Positions 49,394 through 59,501 of a DNA stretch of 64,000 bases are shown piece after piece. The notes beneath the pieces are model-generated. The model was given only the letters and a program-made list of their open reading frames with translations, did not search any database and was not told the origin of the DNA. The stretch comes from an uncultured bacterium (GTDB lineage: Bacteria > Bacteroidota > Bacteroidia > Bacteroidales > Bacteroidaceae), in NCBI GenBank assembly GCA_945867195.1, contig CAMBHR010000003.1, positions 3,958 through 67,957 on the forward strand, given 5' to 3'. Both the position numbers and the translations under genes were made by a program. The first letter of the stretch is position 1. Each line of letters begins with the position of its first letter.

Positions 49394-51430
49394 TCATTCC
49401 GTTTCCTTCAGGTAAGCCAGCACCTCTTTGCGGATGTTGGAGGCTGTATAGCCCAGTTTCTCATCCAGCACTTTATAAGGTGCGCTGAAGCCGAAACTTT
49501 CCAATCCATACACTTTACCCGTTGCTCCTACCAGTCCTTCAAAGGTGATGGGCAGTCCTGTCGTAAGACCGAAAATCTTGCCGTTTTTCGGCAGGAGCGA
49601 TTCCTGATAAGCCTTGTCTTGTCTGCGGAAGAGGCCTTCGCTCGGGCAGCTTACCACCCTGGCCTTGATGTTGTCCTCCTTCAGCAAGGCAGCTGTTTCG
49701 GCCAGTGTGCTTACTTCGGAGCCCGAGGCCACGAGGATAACATCCGGATTTTCCTCCTTCACCACCTCGTAGGCACCTCGTGCCACACCGTCTTTGTAAT
49801 TTGTGTCGGCAGGCAGGTCGTTGACATTCTGGCGGCTGAAAATCAGGGCCGTAGGCGTGTCCATGTTCTCCATGGCCATGCGCCAGCATTCTGTCACGGC
49901 GTGAACGTCGCAAGGGCGGAACACCCGCACGCTGTCGCGTCCGCTGTGGTTCTTCATTTTCTCCATCAGTCTGATTTGCGCCTCCTGTTCCACGGGTTCG
50001 TGGGTCGGTCCGTCTTCGCCTACGCGGAAGGCATCGTGCGTCCAGATGAATTTGACGGGTATTTCCATCAGTGCTGCCATACGGATGGCCGGTTTCATGT
50101 AGTCAGAGAAAACGAAGAATGTTCCCATGGCAGTGATGATACCACCGTGCAGCATCATGCCGATGCACACACAGGCCATGGTAAGTTCGGAAACACCGGC
50201 CTGAAGGAAACCTCCGGCGAAATTCGTCCGTGTGATTTCTGTGGAATGCGCCAGGAAGCCGTCCGTCTTGTCCGAGTTGCATAAGTCGGCAGACGACACA
50301 ATCATGTTGGGCACATACTGTGACAGCAGGGCCAGGCATGCCGATGAACCGTTGCGGGTGGGTGAGTTGGGTTTCTGTTGGATTTCTTCCCAGGGGATGT
50401 GGGGCAGCCGTCCTGCCATCCAGTCGTTCAGTTGGGCAGCCTTTTCGGGATTGGCCTCTTCCCAAGCTTTTTCCTCTGCCTTGCGTTCGGCGATAAGGGC
50501 GCGGAGTTCGTTTTTCCGTTCTTCGTACATCTCGGCCACTTCCGGACGGATGACAAAAGGATTCTCCGGGTCAGCACCCAGGTTCTTTATCGTGTTGACA
50601 TAGGCATCGCCTCCCAGCGGTGCGCCATGCGTTTTGCAGTTGCGTTCATACGAAGTGTTGTCCGCTTTGCGGCATCCTTTGCCCATCACGCAGTGGCCGA
50701 TGATAAGGGTGGGACGGTTCTCCTCCTCCTGTGCGGCAGCCAGAGCCTTTCGGATTTGTTCGCAGTCGTTGCCGTCAATTTCCAGTACATTCCAGTTCCA
50801 AGCGCGGTATTTCATGCCCGTGTCTTCCGAAATCACGGCAGCCGTCTCGGTCGACAGCTGTATTTCGTTGGCATCGAAGAACATGATCAGGTTGTTCAGT
50901 CCCAGGTGTCCGGCTATGCGTCCGGCTCCCTGCGAAATCTCCTCTTGAACGCCGCCGTCGGAAATATAGGCATAGATTTTTTCCTTGTCAAAGCCCGGAT
51001 TGCCGGTTCTGGCATAGAGAGCCTTGGCAGCGATGGCGGCACCCACTGCGTAGGTATGGCCTTGTCCAAGGGGGCCGCTGGTGTTTTCAATACCCCGTTC
51101 GAAGCACACCTCCGGGTGTCCCGGTGTGGGCGAACCCCATTGGCGGAACTTCATGAGGTCCTCTATAGAGTAGTTGCCAATCAGCGCCAGTTGAGAATAT
51201 AGCATGGGAGACATGTGCCCCGGGTCTAGGAAGAAACGGTCGCGGCACCGCCATGTGGCATTGTCCGGATCGAATTGGAGAAATTCCGAGTAAAGCACGT
51301 TGATAAAATCCGCGCCTCCCATGGCACCTCCGGGATGCCCTGATTTTGCGCGTTCTACCATACTTGCAGCCAACACGCGGATATTGTCTGCGGCAAGGTT
51401 CATGAGTTCTTTTGAATGTACAGTGGACAT
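49394..51430 (-). CDS. tkt: Transketolase
   Basis: SGHPG, TPGHPE, TSGPLGQG, SDGGVQE, THDAFRVGEDGPTHEP. Confidence 0.96.
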   Translation of the reverse strand: MSTVHSKELMNLAADNIRVLAASMVERAKSGHPGGAMGGADFINVLYSEFLQFDPDNATWRCRDRFFLDPGHMSPMLYSQLALIGNYSIEDLMKFRQWGSPTPGHPEVCFERGIENTSGPLGQGHTYAVGAAIAAKALYARTGNPGFDKEKIYAYISDGGVQEEISQGAGRIAGHLGLNNLIMFFDANEIQLSTETAAVISEDTGMKYRAWNWNVLEIDGNDCEQIRKALAAAQEEENRPTLIIGHCVMGKGCRKADNTSYERNCKTHGAPLGGDAYVNTIKNLGADPENPFVIRPEVAEMYEERKNELRALIAERKAEEKAWEEANPEKAAQLNDWMAGRLPHIPWEEIQQKPNSPTRNGSSACLALLSQYVPNMIVSSADLCNSDKTDGFLAHSTEITRTNFAGGFLQAGVSELTMACVCIGMMLHGGIITAMGTFFVFSDYMKPAIRMAALMEIPVKFIWTHDAFRVGEDGPTHEPVEQEAQIRLMEKMKNHSGRDSVRVFRPCDVHAVTECWRMAMENMDTPTALIFSRQNVNDLPADTNYKDGVARGAYEVVKEENPDVILVASGSEVSTLAETAALLKEDNIKARVVSCPSEGLFRRQDKAYQESLLPKNGKIFGLTTGLPITFEGLVGATGKVYGLESFGFSAPYKVLDEKLGYTASNIRKEVLAYLKETE

Positions 51431-51473
51431 TGCTATATTCGTTTGTTATGTGATGCTTATGGTTAATGCTTTG

Positions 51474-51481
51474 CAAAGGTA
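51474..51481 (-). promoter_or_regulatory. -7 box for tkt-rpiB
   Basis: TACCTTTG on minus strand. Confidence 0.55.
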
Positions 51482-51574
51482 AGACAAAAAATGAGAACTA
51501 TACTAAAGCGTCATGGAATAGTTTAAGGATGCACTGAAAATTAGGAATAAAGGGCATCAATAAGTGCATCGATA

Positions 51575-51615
51575 ATCAAAACCGTTCCGGCTTCATTGGA
51601 GAGGCCGGAACGGTT
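51575..51615 (-). terminator. Terminator after galK
   Basis: aaccgttccggc / gccggaacggtt 12-bp stem. Confidence 0.65.
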
Positions 51616-51642
51616 ACATACAATATATATATTATAGGTGTA

Positions 51643-52803
51643 TCAGCACAGTTTGCGAGAGCCATCGCCAATCACTACGTCGATGATGATGGGCTTCTTG
51701 CCATACTTCGCGTTGAACTTCTCGGCAACCACCTTCTTGAAGTTGTCAGCCAGTTCATCGGCCACGAGGTTGATGGTGCAGCCGCCGAATCCGCCGCCCA
51801 TGATGCGCGAGCCGGTTACGCCGGCCTCCTTGGCCACATCGTTGAGGAAGTCGAGTTCTTCGCAGCTGACCTCGTATTCCTTGCTCAGGCCGTAGTGTGT
51901 TTCGTACATCATCTTGCCGACCATTTCGTAGTCGTCATGTTTCAGAGCGTCGCAGACAGCCAGCACACGTTCCACTTCGCCAATCACGTAGCGGGCACGC
52001 TTATATTCATCGCCGGTAACCTTGCCCTTCACCTCGTCGAGCATTTCCATCGTGGCATCGCGCAGGCTCTCCACTTCGGGGTGCGACTGCTTGATGATTT
52101 CGGCCACGTGCTCGCACTGCAGGCGTCGTTCGTTGTAGGGCGAACCTGCCAGTATATGCTTTACGCAGCTGTTCACGAGGATGAGCTGGTAGCCCTTCGG
52201 GTTCCAGGGGAAGTACTGGTATTCACCGCTGCGGCAGTCCAGACGCATCAGGCGGCCCTTACGTCCGAATACGGAAGCGAACTGGTCCATGATACCGCAG
52301 TTGCAGCCCACGTACTTGTGTTCAGTGCGCTGACCTACGCGAGCCAGTTCCATCTTTTCAATCTTGTTTTCACCCCACAGGTCGTTGAGTGCGAAAGCGT
52401 ATGTGCTTTCCAGTGCAGCCGATGAAGACATACCGGCACCGAGGGGTACATCGCCTGCGAAGGCAGTGTTGAAGCCTTCAACGGGAACGCCGAGTGCCAT
52501 CATTTCGCGGCAAACGCCGAAGATGTAGCGTGCCCAGGTGGCAGAAGGTCCGGCTTCGTCGTCGAGCGAAAATTCCACATAGTCTTTCAGGTCGATGGAG
52601 TAGGCGCGCACGTTGCGGGTGCCGTTGGGTTTGATTTCGGCTATCATGCCTTGTTCTACAGCGCCGGGGAATACAAAGCCATTGTTGTAGTCGGTGTGCT
52701 CACCGATCAGGTTGATACGTCCCGGGCTGGCATATACACTTCCGGTTTCACCGTCAAAATGCTTCACGAAGCGAGAACGAACGTCCTCAATAGTCAGTTT
52801 CAT
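51643..52803 (-). CDS. galK: Galactokinase
   Basis: PGRINLIGEHTDYN, GAGMSSSAA, CGIMDQ, GGGFGG. Confidence 0.96.
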   Translation of the reverse strand: MKLTIEDVRSRFVKHFDGETGSVYASPGRINLIGEHTDYNNGFVFPGAVEQGMIAEIKPNGTRNVRAYSIDLKDYVEFSLDDEAGPSATWARYIFGVCREMMALGVPVEGFNTAFAGDVPLGAGMSSSAALESTYAFALNDLWGENKIEKMELARVGQRTEHKYVGCNCGIMDQFASVFGRKGRLMRLDCRSGEYQYFPWNPKGYQLILVNSCVKHILAGSPYNERRLQCEHVAEIIKQSHPEVESLRDATMEMLDEVKGKVTGDEYKRARYVIGEVERVLAVCDALKHDDYEMVGKMMYETHYGLSKEYEVSCEELDFLNDVAKEAGVTGSRIMGGGFGGCTINLVADELADNFKKVVAEKFNAKYGKKPIIIDVVIGDGSRKLC

Positions 52804-52850
52804 AGGTATTCAGTTTTAGGAGTTAGTTGTAAAGATTAGGGATATGGAGA

Positions 52851-52890
52851 AGGCAAACGGCAATGCGCAGACCGCCAACGCCGTTTGCCT
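52851..52890 (-). other. Intra-operonic hairpin between the sugar permease and galK
   Basis: aggcaaacggc / gccgtttgcct 11-bp stem. Confidence 0.45.
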
Positions 52891-52897
52891 GAGAAAA

Positions 52898-54166
52898 TTA
52901 GTTTTCGCGTTTGCTGACGCGGCTGCCGATGAGTGCGTAGAAGAGGATGTAGGCAGCACAGAACACTACTACCCAGAAGCTGTTGATGTAGCCGGCGACG
53001 TCAGCCACAGTAGCCTGGATAAACATCATGACGGCGCAACCGAACACCATCGTCATGAAAATACCCGAAGCGATGGCTGTGTATTTGCCAAGACCTTCAA
53101 CAGCCATGTTGAAGATGCCGCCCCACATAACGGAGGTGCAGAGGCCAACAAGCAGGAAGGAGAAGATGCCGAGGGGAACTTCTTGCCAGATGAGTTCGAG
53201 TTTGCCCCAGTCAACGCCCGGGAAGTTTACGGTTACATCGCTGGGAGCGTACATACCGAAGAGCACGAGCAGCAGGGTGATGACCGACACGGTGGTGATC
53301 ATGGCGCGGCTGGAAACCTTGCCGCCGATGCTGGCACCTACCAAACGGCCGATGAGCATCATGAACCAATAAACAGCTACCAGCATGCCCACCGTACCGG
53401 CGGGGATGCCCTCACCGATGAGGTAGAGGTTCACGAAGTTAGGCACACCCACTTCAATACCCATATAAAGGAAGATGGCCAGTGCGCCGAGGGCGAAATG
53501 GCGGTAGCTCATGGCCTCCTTGACCAGTTCCACCTGTACGGGAGCCTGTTCCGGTTCATCAATCTTGGTGAAGCAGATTACCACAAAAGCTACCACGAAA
53601 ATGGCAAGGGCTATCATCAGGGCAGGAGTAGCATCGTCAATCTTGGCTTTTGTGGCATCGGCTATCAGCGCACCCATCAGGATGTAGCAGGCCACGGCAG
53701 CCGATGAGTTGAACACACCGCCCAGCTGGATGAGCTGGTTACCCTTGTTGCCGCCGCCGCCAAGAAGGTTAAGCATGGGGTTCACCACGCAGTTGAGGAT
53801 GGCCATGCACAGTCCGGCTATGAAAGCACCGGCGAGGTAAACACCGAAGACCAAGCCCAGGTTTTCTTTTGCGTCGAGCTGGCCGCTGAACCACTGGATG
53901 GCAATACCCACGATACCTACAACAAGGCCGATGAGAGCCGTTTTCTTGTAGCCGTACTTGGAGATGAGCATACCTGCGGGGATACCCATTACCAGATAGG
54001 CCACGAAGTTGCCATAGTTGCCAATCTGGGCAAGCACGTTAGAGATTTCGCCTTGGTTCTTGATGATGGTAGCCATCGGCGTACACAGGTTCGTCACGAA
54101 GGCAATCATGGCGAAGAGCGCAATCATCACTATGATGGCTCCCCATTGTTTCTTTTGATTACTCAT
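52898..54166 (-). CDS. MFS sugar permease, FucP/GluP family
   Basis: 12-TM pattern, NPML, FLYMGIEV, SVMWGGIF; lies between galM and galK. Confidence 0.85.
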   Translation of the reverse strand: MSNQKKQWGAIIVMIALFAMIAFVTNLCTPMATIIKNQGEISNVLAQIGNYGNFVAYLVMGIPAGMLISKYGYKKTALIGLVVGIVGIAIQWFSGQLDAKENLGLVFGVYLAGAFIAGLCMAILNCVVNPMLNLLGGGGNKGNQLIQLGGVFNSSAAVACYILMGALIADATKAKIDDATPALMIALAIFVVAFVVICFTKIDEPEQAPVQVELVKEAMSYRHFALGALAIFLYMGIEVGVPNFVNLYLIGEGIPAGTVGMLVAVYWFMMLIGRLVGASIGGKVSSRAMITTVSVITLLLVLFGMYAPSDVTVNFPGVDWGKLELIWQEVPLGIFSFLLVGLCTSVMWGGIFNMAVEGLGKYTAIASGIFMTMVFGCAVMMFIQATVADVAGYINSFWVVVFCAAYILFYALIGSRVSKREN

Positions 54167-54348
54167 GATGTAATGAAGTTTGTTAGATTAAAGATTAGTA
54201 AATTAGATGGTTTTCAGCATAAAAGCAAGTGACTGTTAACTTGCTTGTCTAACAGCTTCCGTATGAAAAACGGCTGAGTTGACGGGTACGCCTTGGCGGT
54301 ATTTGTCGTGCTCAGGCTGTGACTCGTCAACTCTGCTGTCGTTCCGGC

Positions 54349-55431
54349 TTATTCCACGCCGAATTTATAGATGGTCTTCTGTGTGTAAACCTGCCCGGGT
54401 TTGAGCACCACGGGCGGGAAGTAGGCACGGTTGGGGCTGTCGGGGAAGTGCTGCGCTTCGAAGCAGAGTGCGGAGCGGCGGCCGAAGGTGGCGCCGTGCT
54501 GACCCTTGTAGCCGTCGGCCCAGTTGTCCGAATAGAACTGCACACCCGGTTCCGTGGTGTACACCTCCATGGAGCGTCCGCTCTTCGGTTCCACGATTTT
54601 GGCTGCGAAGGTCAGTTCGCCCGGTTCCTGCTTGTTCAGCACGAAGCAGTGGTCATATCCTGCGCCGTTCTTGATTTGCTCATCATCGGCATCGATGCGT
54701 TCGCCTACGGCGTGCGGCGTGGTGAAGTCGAAGGGCGTGCCTTTCACGCTGCGGATTTCGCCCGTGGGGATGGAGTTCTCGTCAATGGGGATGTAGAAGT
54801 CGGCATTGATTTGGCAAATCACGTCGTCGCACACCGGTGTGGGGTCTGCGATGCCAGCCAGCGAGAAGAAGCCGTGGCTCGTCATGTTCACGATGGTCTT
54901 CTTGTTCGTTGTGCCTTTGTAATCAATCTTCAGTTCATTTTCCTCTGTGAGCGAATACATCACCGTCATGCTCAGTTCGCCGGGGAAACCCTCTTCATAA
55001 TAGGGCGAAACGTAGCGGAGCACCAGGGTCTGTCCGTTGATTTGTTCGGCATCCCAAACGCGGGCGTGGAAGCCGGTGGGTCCGCCGTGCAAGTGGTTCG
55101 GGCCGTTGTTGATGGCCAGGCTGTATTCCTTGCCGTTGAGCGAGAATTTGCCGTGGCAGATGCGGTTGCCGTAGCGTCCCACCAGTGTGCTGAGGAATGG
55201 TTCGGGCGATGCGATGCAGTCATCGATGTTGTCATGTCCCTGGATGACGTTGGCGTAGTTGCCGTCACGGTCGGGCACCATGATGGCCACCAGCGCGCCG
55301 CCGTAGTTCGTTACGGCCACCTCCATGCCGCTGCTGTTGCGCAGGAAGAAAAGATCCGTCTCCTTTCCTTGTACCGTTTTTTGGAAGTCCTCTCTTTTAA
55401 GTCCGCTTAGGGACTGGGCATTGTTTTCCAT
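54349..55431 (-). CDS. galM: Aldose 1-epimerase (galactose mutarotase)
   Basis: GRYGNRI, NHLHGG, NMTSHGFF, GYDHCF, CFEAQ. Confidence 0.94.
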   Translation of the reverse strand: MENNAQSLSGLKREDFQKTVQGKETDLFFLRNSSGMEVAVTNYGGALVAIMVPDRDGNYANVIQGHDNIDDCIASPEPFLSTLVGRYGNRICHGKFSLNGKEYSLAINNGPNHLHGGPTGFHARVWDAEQINGQTLVLRYVSPYYEEGFPGELSMTVMYSLTEENELKIDYKGTTNKKTIVNMTSHGFFSLAGIADPTPVCDDVICQINADFYIPIDENSIPTGEIRSVKGTPFDFTTPHAVGERIDADDEQIKNGAGYDHCFVLNKQEPGELTFAAKIVEPKSGRSMEVYTTEPGVQFYSDNWADGYKGQHGATFGRRSALCFEAQHFPDSPNRAYFPPVVLKPGQVYTQKTIYKFGVE

Positions 55432-55651
55432 GATATTGAAAGGTTTATGTAGCTGAATGTATTATTTACCTTGCAAATTTGGATAAAAGAATTGGAACGC
55501 CAAAGGTTTGTATGTATTTTTTGTCAATAGATGTTATCATGCACCCACTTTACGAGAGTTTCTGGGGCTGCTGCTGAAGGCCGTCGTCAAGCTGTATGAT
55601 GCAGTGGGCGGCGGAGCGTGTGGTATTCGTGTTTTTCGTAACGGAAGAACA

Positions 55652-55699
55652 ATGGCGTAGCTGGAGAGAGATGGAAAGGGTTCTCCCCGGCTACGCCAT
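55652..55699 (-). terminator. Hairpin after the HMA gene
   Basis: atggcgtagc / gctacgccat stem. Confidence 0.4.
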
Positions 55700-55723
55700 G
55701 GGCGGTTATAGAAATGGTGTTGC

Positions 55724-56038
55724 TTATTTTTTGCCGGGAGCGACGGCGATGTCGTAGCCGATTTTCTTGAAGGCTTTGACAAAATCCTGATAGGTGCTCT
55801 TCTTGGGGTTATAGATGATGGTCACTCTTTGCTCGGGGACGGAGGTCTCGATCTTTTTCACCCCTTTCACGAAGCGGATGTTGCTTTTGATTTTCTTTTC
55901 GCAATTCTCGCAGTGCATCTGAGGCGTGGTGGTCACTTGCAGCGTGTCGGCGGAGGAAACGTCGGCGGTGTGTGCGGCGTAGGCCGAGGTCGACCATGAT
56001 GCGGCGGCCATGAGGGTGAGGAGGAATGTCTTTTTCAT
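55724..56038 (-). CDS. Exported heavy-metal-associated (HMA) domain protein
   Basis: Signal peptide then MHCENC metal-binding loop, KKIGY. Confidence 0.88.
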   Translation of the reverse strand: MKKTFLLTLMAAASWSTSAYAAHTADVSSADTLQVTTTPQMHCENCEKKIKSNIRFVKGVKKIETSVPEQRVTIIYNPKKSTYQDFVKAFKKIGYDIAVAPGKK

Positions 56039-56090
56039 CAGGCTTGAGTTTGGGCTTAATTATTGTGTTTGAATAAAGTTTTTCAGTTGA

Positions 56091-58109
56091 TCAGAATGTT
56101 TCCCATTTGAAGCGCAGGCCGATGTAGGCCATGGCTCCGCTCACGGGTCCCCACACCTGCGTGGCATCGAAGGCAGAGGCCCAAGGGTCCGCCGCTCCAC
56201 GTATGGGTTGGGGGATGGTGTAGCCCGTGAGGTTTTCGCCGCCGATGTAGATGGCGAAGCGGGGAAAGTCGCGGGTTATCTGCGCCTGTAGTTGGAAGTA
56301 GGCGGGATAACGCGAGTGGTCATAGAGTTCGCCGCCACCGTTCAGGCTGCCCGTGAGGTCAAAGTGCCAGAGTTCAAGCGGTGTCTTGTAGGCCAAGGTG
56401 AGCAGGCTTTTGTAGCGCGAGGTGAGGGGGCGGCGGCGCAGGCTGCCGTCGTAGGTGGTGCGTGCATCAGTGTAGCGGAAGGCCCCTGTGGCGGTGAAGC
56501 CTGCAAAGAAGGGGTAGTTGGCATCGATTTGCGCGGCATGGGTGCGGCTCTTGCCCGACAGGTTTTCAAACGAGAAGGTGTCGGAGCCTTTGGCACCATC
56601 GGGGTTGATGACGAGCTGTTGACTGAAGTCGGTGTAGTAATAATCGAGGTTCAGCTCCAGCGTCTTGCCGAAGATGGGGAGACGGAACGAGGCCGAGAGC
56701 CCGGTGTTCCAGGCCTCCTCCTGCCGCAGCTTCTCGGTGGCGATGAGCGTCTTCCCACTGGCCAGCAACGACACGTTTTCGGCTAAGGCATGGGGCGAAC
56801 GGTAACCTTTGCCTGCCGAAGCGCGGAGGGTGAGGCAGTCCTTGGGGGAGTATTTCAGATGCAGGCGCGGGGTGAGGAAACCGCCGTAGACTGACGAGTA
56901 GTCCCAGCGCAGGCCCGGCATAAGGGTGAACCGCTCGCCCTGCTTGAAGGTGTATTGGGCGTAAAATCCCGAGGTCGTTTCGTGGCGCGGTCCGAAGAGG
57001 TTTTGCTGGTCGCCCGTCAGCGCGTTGTACAAATCGATTGTCTGGTTGTAGGTATCGTGGTTGACAGATGTCCCCACGCTGAGATTGTGCCGGTCGGTGA
57101 AGTCCGTTTCAAACATAAGCTGTGCGTAGCCGCTCTTTTGGTTGGCATCGTACAGGGTGCGCCCGAAGCGGTTGTCGGCATCGTGTATGGAACCGTTGAG
57201 CATGAGGGCCACGGAAGTGTTGTGCTCAGGGTCAAGGGTGAAACCGTTCTTCCACTGCGCTTCGTAACGGAGGGTGTTGACCTCAATGCCGTAGTGGGGC
57301 GTTGTATGGTTCGTTCCGTGGTGGCTCATGCCGCTTTCGCGTTCGTCGGCCAGTGCCTTGAAACTCAGCTGGCTGATCCAGCGGGGCGACACGTAGGCCA
57401 TGCGTGCCATGGCGTTCCATCCGCGCAGCTTGGGCATGTCCATGAAACCGTCGCCATCCCCGTCGTGGTCTGTCTGCCGGTTCTCAAAATGCAGCAGTCC
57501 GCTGGCCGAGAGGCGTTCGTTGAGGTGGAAACTGCCGTCGAGGTTGGCTTCCTGCTTCAGTTCTGTGTCGGCATAGGCATTGGCGCGGATGCCGTCCGTA
57601 CCTTGGGGCTTGAGGTATTCCACGTTGATTTGCCCCGTGATGCTCTCGTAGCCGTTCTTGACGCTGGCGGCCCCTTTGCTCACCTGTATGCTCTGCATCC
57701 ACGGCCCGGGCACGTAGGCGAGGGAGTAGGGGATGGATGCGCCGCGCAGGTTGGGCATATTTTCCGTGAGCATCTGCACATAGGTGCCACTCAGTCCCAG
57801 CAGTTTGATTTGCCGTGCTCCCGTCGCCGCATCGCTGTAGGAAACGTCCACTGAAGGATTGGTGGTGAATGACTCGCCCAGATTGCAGCACGCCGCCCGC
57901 ATGAGTTCGCCTTTGCCGATGATGTCGGTGTTGGTAACGCGGAAGCGCGACTTGCCGCCCGGCGATGCTTTGACCGTCACGTTGTGGAGGTTCTGACTCC
58001 GGGGCACGGTGTCCTGTACCACGCTGTCAGTAGGGTGCATGGCACTCTGGGCGACAGCACATAGTGTAGGGCTGATTGTCAGTAAGAGTGTAGTAGTAAC
58101 TCTTTTCAT
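56091..58109 (-). CDS. TonB-dependent receptor with Cys-Cys plug motif
   Basis: AACCNLGESF, QIKLLGL, KGAASV plug motifs; C-terminal barrel strand; start at ATG 58109. Confidence 0.88.
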   Translation of the reverse strand: MKRVTTTLLLTISPTLCAVAQSAMHPTDSVVQDTVPRSQNLHNVTVKASPGGKSRFRVTNTDIIGKGELMRAACCNLGESFTTNPSVDVSYSDAATGARQIKLLGLSGTYVQMLTENMPNLRGASIPYSLAYVPGPWMQSIQVSKGAASVKNGYESITGQINVEYLKPQGTDGIRANAYADTELKQEANLDGSFHLNERLSASGLLHFENRQTDHDGDGDGFMDMPKLRGWNAMARMAYVSPRWISQLSFKALADERESGMSHHGTNHTTPHYGIEVNTLRYEAQWKNGFTLDPEHNTSVALMLNGSIHDADNRFGRTLYDANQKSGYAQLMFETDFTDRHNLSVGTSVNHDTYNQTIDLYNALTGDQQNLFGPRHETTSGFYAQYTFKQGERFTLMPGLRWDYSSVYGGFLTPRLHLKYSPKDCLTLRASAGKGYRSPHALAENVSLLASGKTLIATEKLRQEEAWNTGLSASFRLPIFGKTLELNLDYYYTDFSQQLVINPDGAKGSDTFSFENLSGKSRTHAAQIDANYPFFAGFTATGAFRYTDARTTYDGSLRRRPLTSRYKSLLTLAYKTPLELWHFDLTGSLNGGGELYDHSRYPAYFQLQAQITRDFPRFAIYIGGENLTGYTIPQPIRGAADPWASAFDATQVWGPVSGAMAYIGLRFKWETF

Positions 58110-58120
58110 TAAAGAAAAAT

Positions 58121-58279
58121 CTATGGACGCCAGAAAACCCACCATGGCAATGGTCCCGAATTTTTACGGGAAAGGGCATAGCGGAAAAGTTCCATCATAT
58201 ACCATACCACGGCAATAAAGGCGAGCACAAGAGCGGCGATAAAGAGCCACCCGATGATGTGGGCTGCTATATTGATCAT
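58121..58279 (-). CDS. 52-aa single-pass membrane protein (not in ORF track)
   Basis: Hand translation MINIAAHIIGWLFIAALVLAFIAVVWYMMELFRYALSRKNSGPLPWWVFWRP; exactly fills the lysA-TBDR gap. Confidence 0.65.
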   Translation of the reverse strand: MINIAAHIIGWLFIAALVLAFIAVVWYMMELFRYALSRKNSGPLPWWVFWRP

Positions 58280-58281
58280 GA

Positions 58282-59433
58282 TTATTCGCTGAAATATGCC
58301 GGGGCGAGGGGGCGTAGGTTGTACTGCGAGGCCATCACTTCGCCGTAAGCACCGGCAGAACGGAAGGCGATGAGGTCGCCCCGGTGGGTGACGGGCAGCA
58401 CTTCGTCCTTGCTAAACACGTCGCTGCTTTCGCAGATGGGTCCCACGATGTCGTAGGTATCATGGGGAGCACCATCGGGCGCGCTGATATTTTGGGTGAA
58501 GTGGTGAGAGCCGTACATGGCAGGCCGGATGAGGTCGGTGAAGCCCGCGTCGACAATGACAAATTGTTTGGTATGGCCTTGTTTCACGTAGAGCGTGCGG
58601 GCAATGAGCGAGCCGCACTGTGCCACGATGCTGCGTCCCAGTTCAAAATGCAGTTGCTGGTGGGGGCGGAGCTGCAGGTGTTTTTCAAAGACGGCGAAAT
58701 ACTTTTCAAAATCAGGCACGGGATGCGCATCGGGCTGTCCGTAGTCAATGCCCAGGCCACCGCCCACGTTGATGCTTTCGGTGCGGATGCCTTCGGCTTC
58801 GAGCACGTTCTGTAGCTCGTTCACCTTCAGGCAGAGTGCGCGGAAAGGTTCCATGTCCGTAATCTGGCTGCCGATGTGGAAATGCAGTCCGACGTAGTGT
58901 ACCCCGGGCAATTCATTGGCCCTGCGGATGGCCGCCAGCGTGTCTTCCCACGCGATGCCGAATTTGTTCTCGTTCAGGCCGGTGGTAATCTTGGCGTGGG
59001 TGTGTGCATCCACGTTGGGGTTGATGCGGAAGGCCACCTTTGCCTGCTTGCCCATGGCAACAGCCTGCTCGTTGATGGCTTCCAGCTCGGGCAGACTTTC
59101 CACGTTGAAGCTATGGATGCCCGCTTCGAGAGCCAGCCGTATTTCCTTGTCGGTTTTCCCCACGCCGGCAAAGACGATGGATGAGGAAGCAAATCCGTTT
59201 TTCAATGCCGCTTCAATCTCGCCGCCCGAAACGCAGTCGGCTCCCAGTCCGGCCGCACTGATGATTTGCAGCAGTCGCGGGTTGGCATTGGCCTTGATGG
59301 CATAATGCACGTGATAGGCATTGCGGCCAGCCAGCAGGTGTCTGATGTTTTGGAGCGTTGTCTTGAGCAGTCCGAGGTCGTAGTAATAAAAAGGAGTGTC
59401 CAGTTGTTGAAATTGTGTCAGAGGGAAGTTCAT
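58282..59433 (-). CDS. lysA: Diaminopimelate decarboxylase
   Basis: YAIKAN, DCVSGGE, HFHIGSQ, NVGGG, ELGR, GPICES, GAYG. Confidence 0.95.
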   Translation of the reverse strand: MNFPLTQFQQLDTPFYYYDLGLLKTTLQNIRHLLAGRNAYHVHYAIKANANPRLLQIISAAGLGADCVSGGEIEAALKNGFASSSIVFAGVGKTDKEIRLALEAGIHSFNVESLPELEAINEQAVAMGKQAKVAFRINPNVDAHTHAKITTGLNENKFGIAWEDTLAAIRRANELPGVHYVGLHFHIGSQITDMEPFRALCLKVNELQNVLEAEGIRTESINVGGGLGIDYGQPDAHPVPDFEKYFAVFEKHLQLRPHQQLHFELGRSIVAQCGSLIARTLYVKQGHTKQFVIVDAGFTDLIRPAMYGSHHFTQNISAPDGAPHDTYDIVGPICESSDVFSKDEVLPVTHRGDLIAFRSAGAYGEVMASQYNLRPLAPAYFSE

Positions 59434-59446
59434 CGGTTGGTTATTG

Positions 59447-59484
59447 TTGAAAATCCCTGTCGCCGCAGTGGAGGGGACAGGGAT
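59447..59484 (-). terminator. Terminator-like hairpin between lysC and lysA
   Basis: atccctgtc / gacagggat stem followed by ttt on the minus strand. Confidence 0.4.
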
Positions 59485-59501
59485 AGTGTTCAGGTTATGG
59501 G

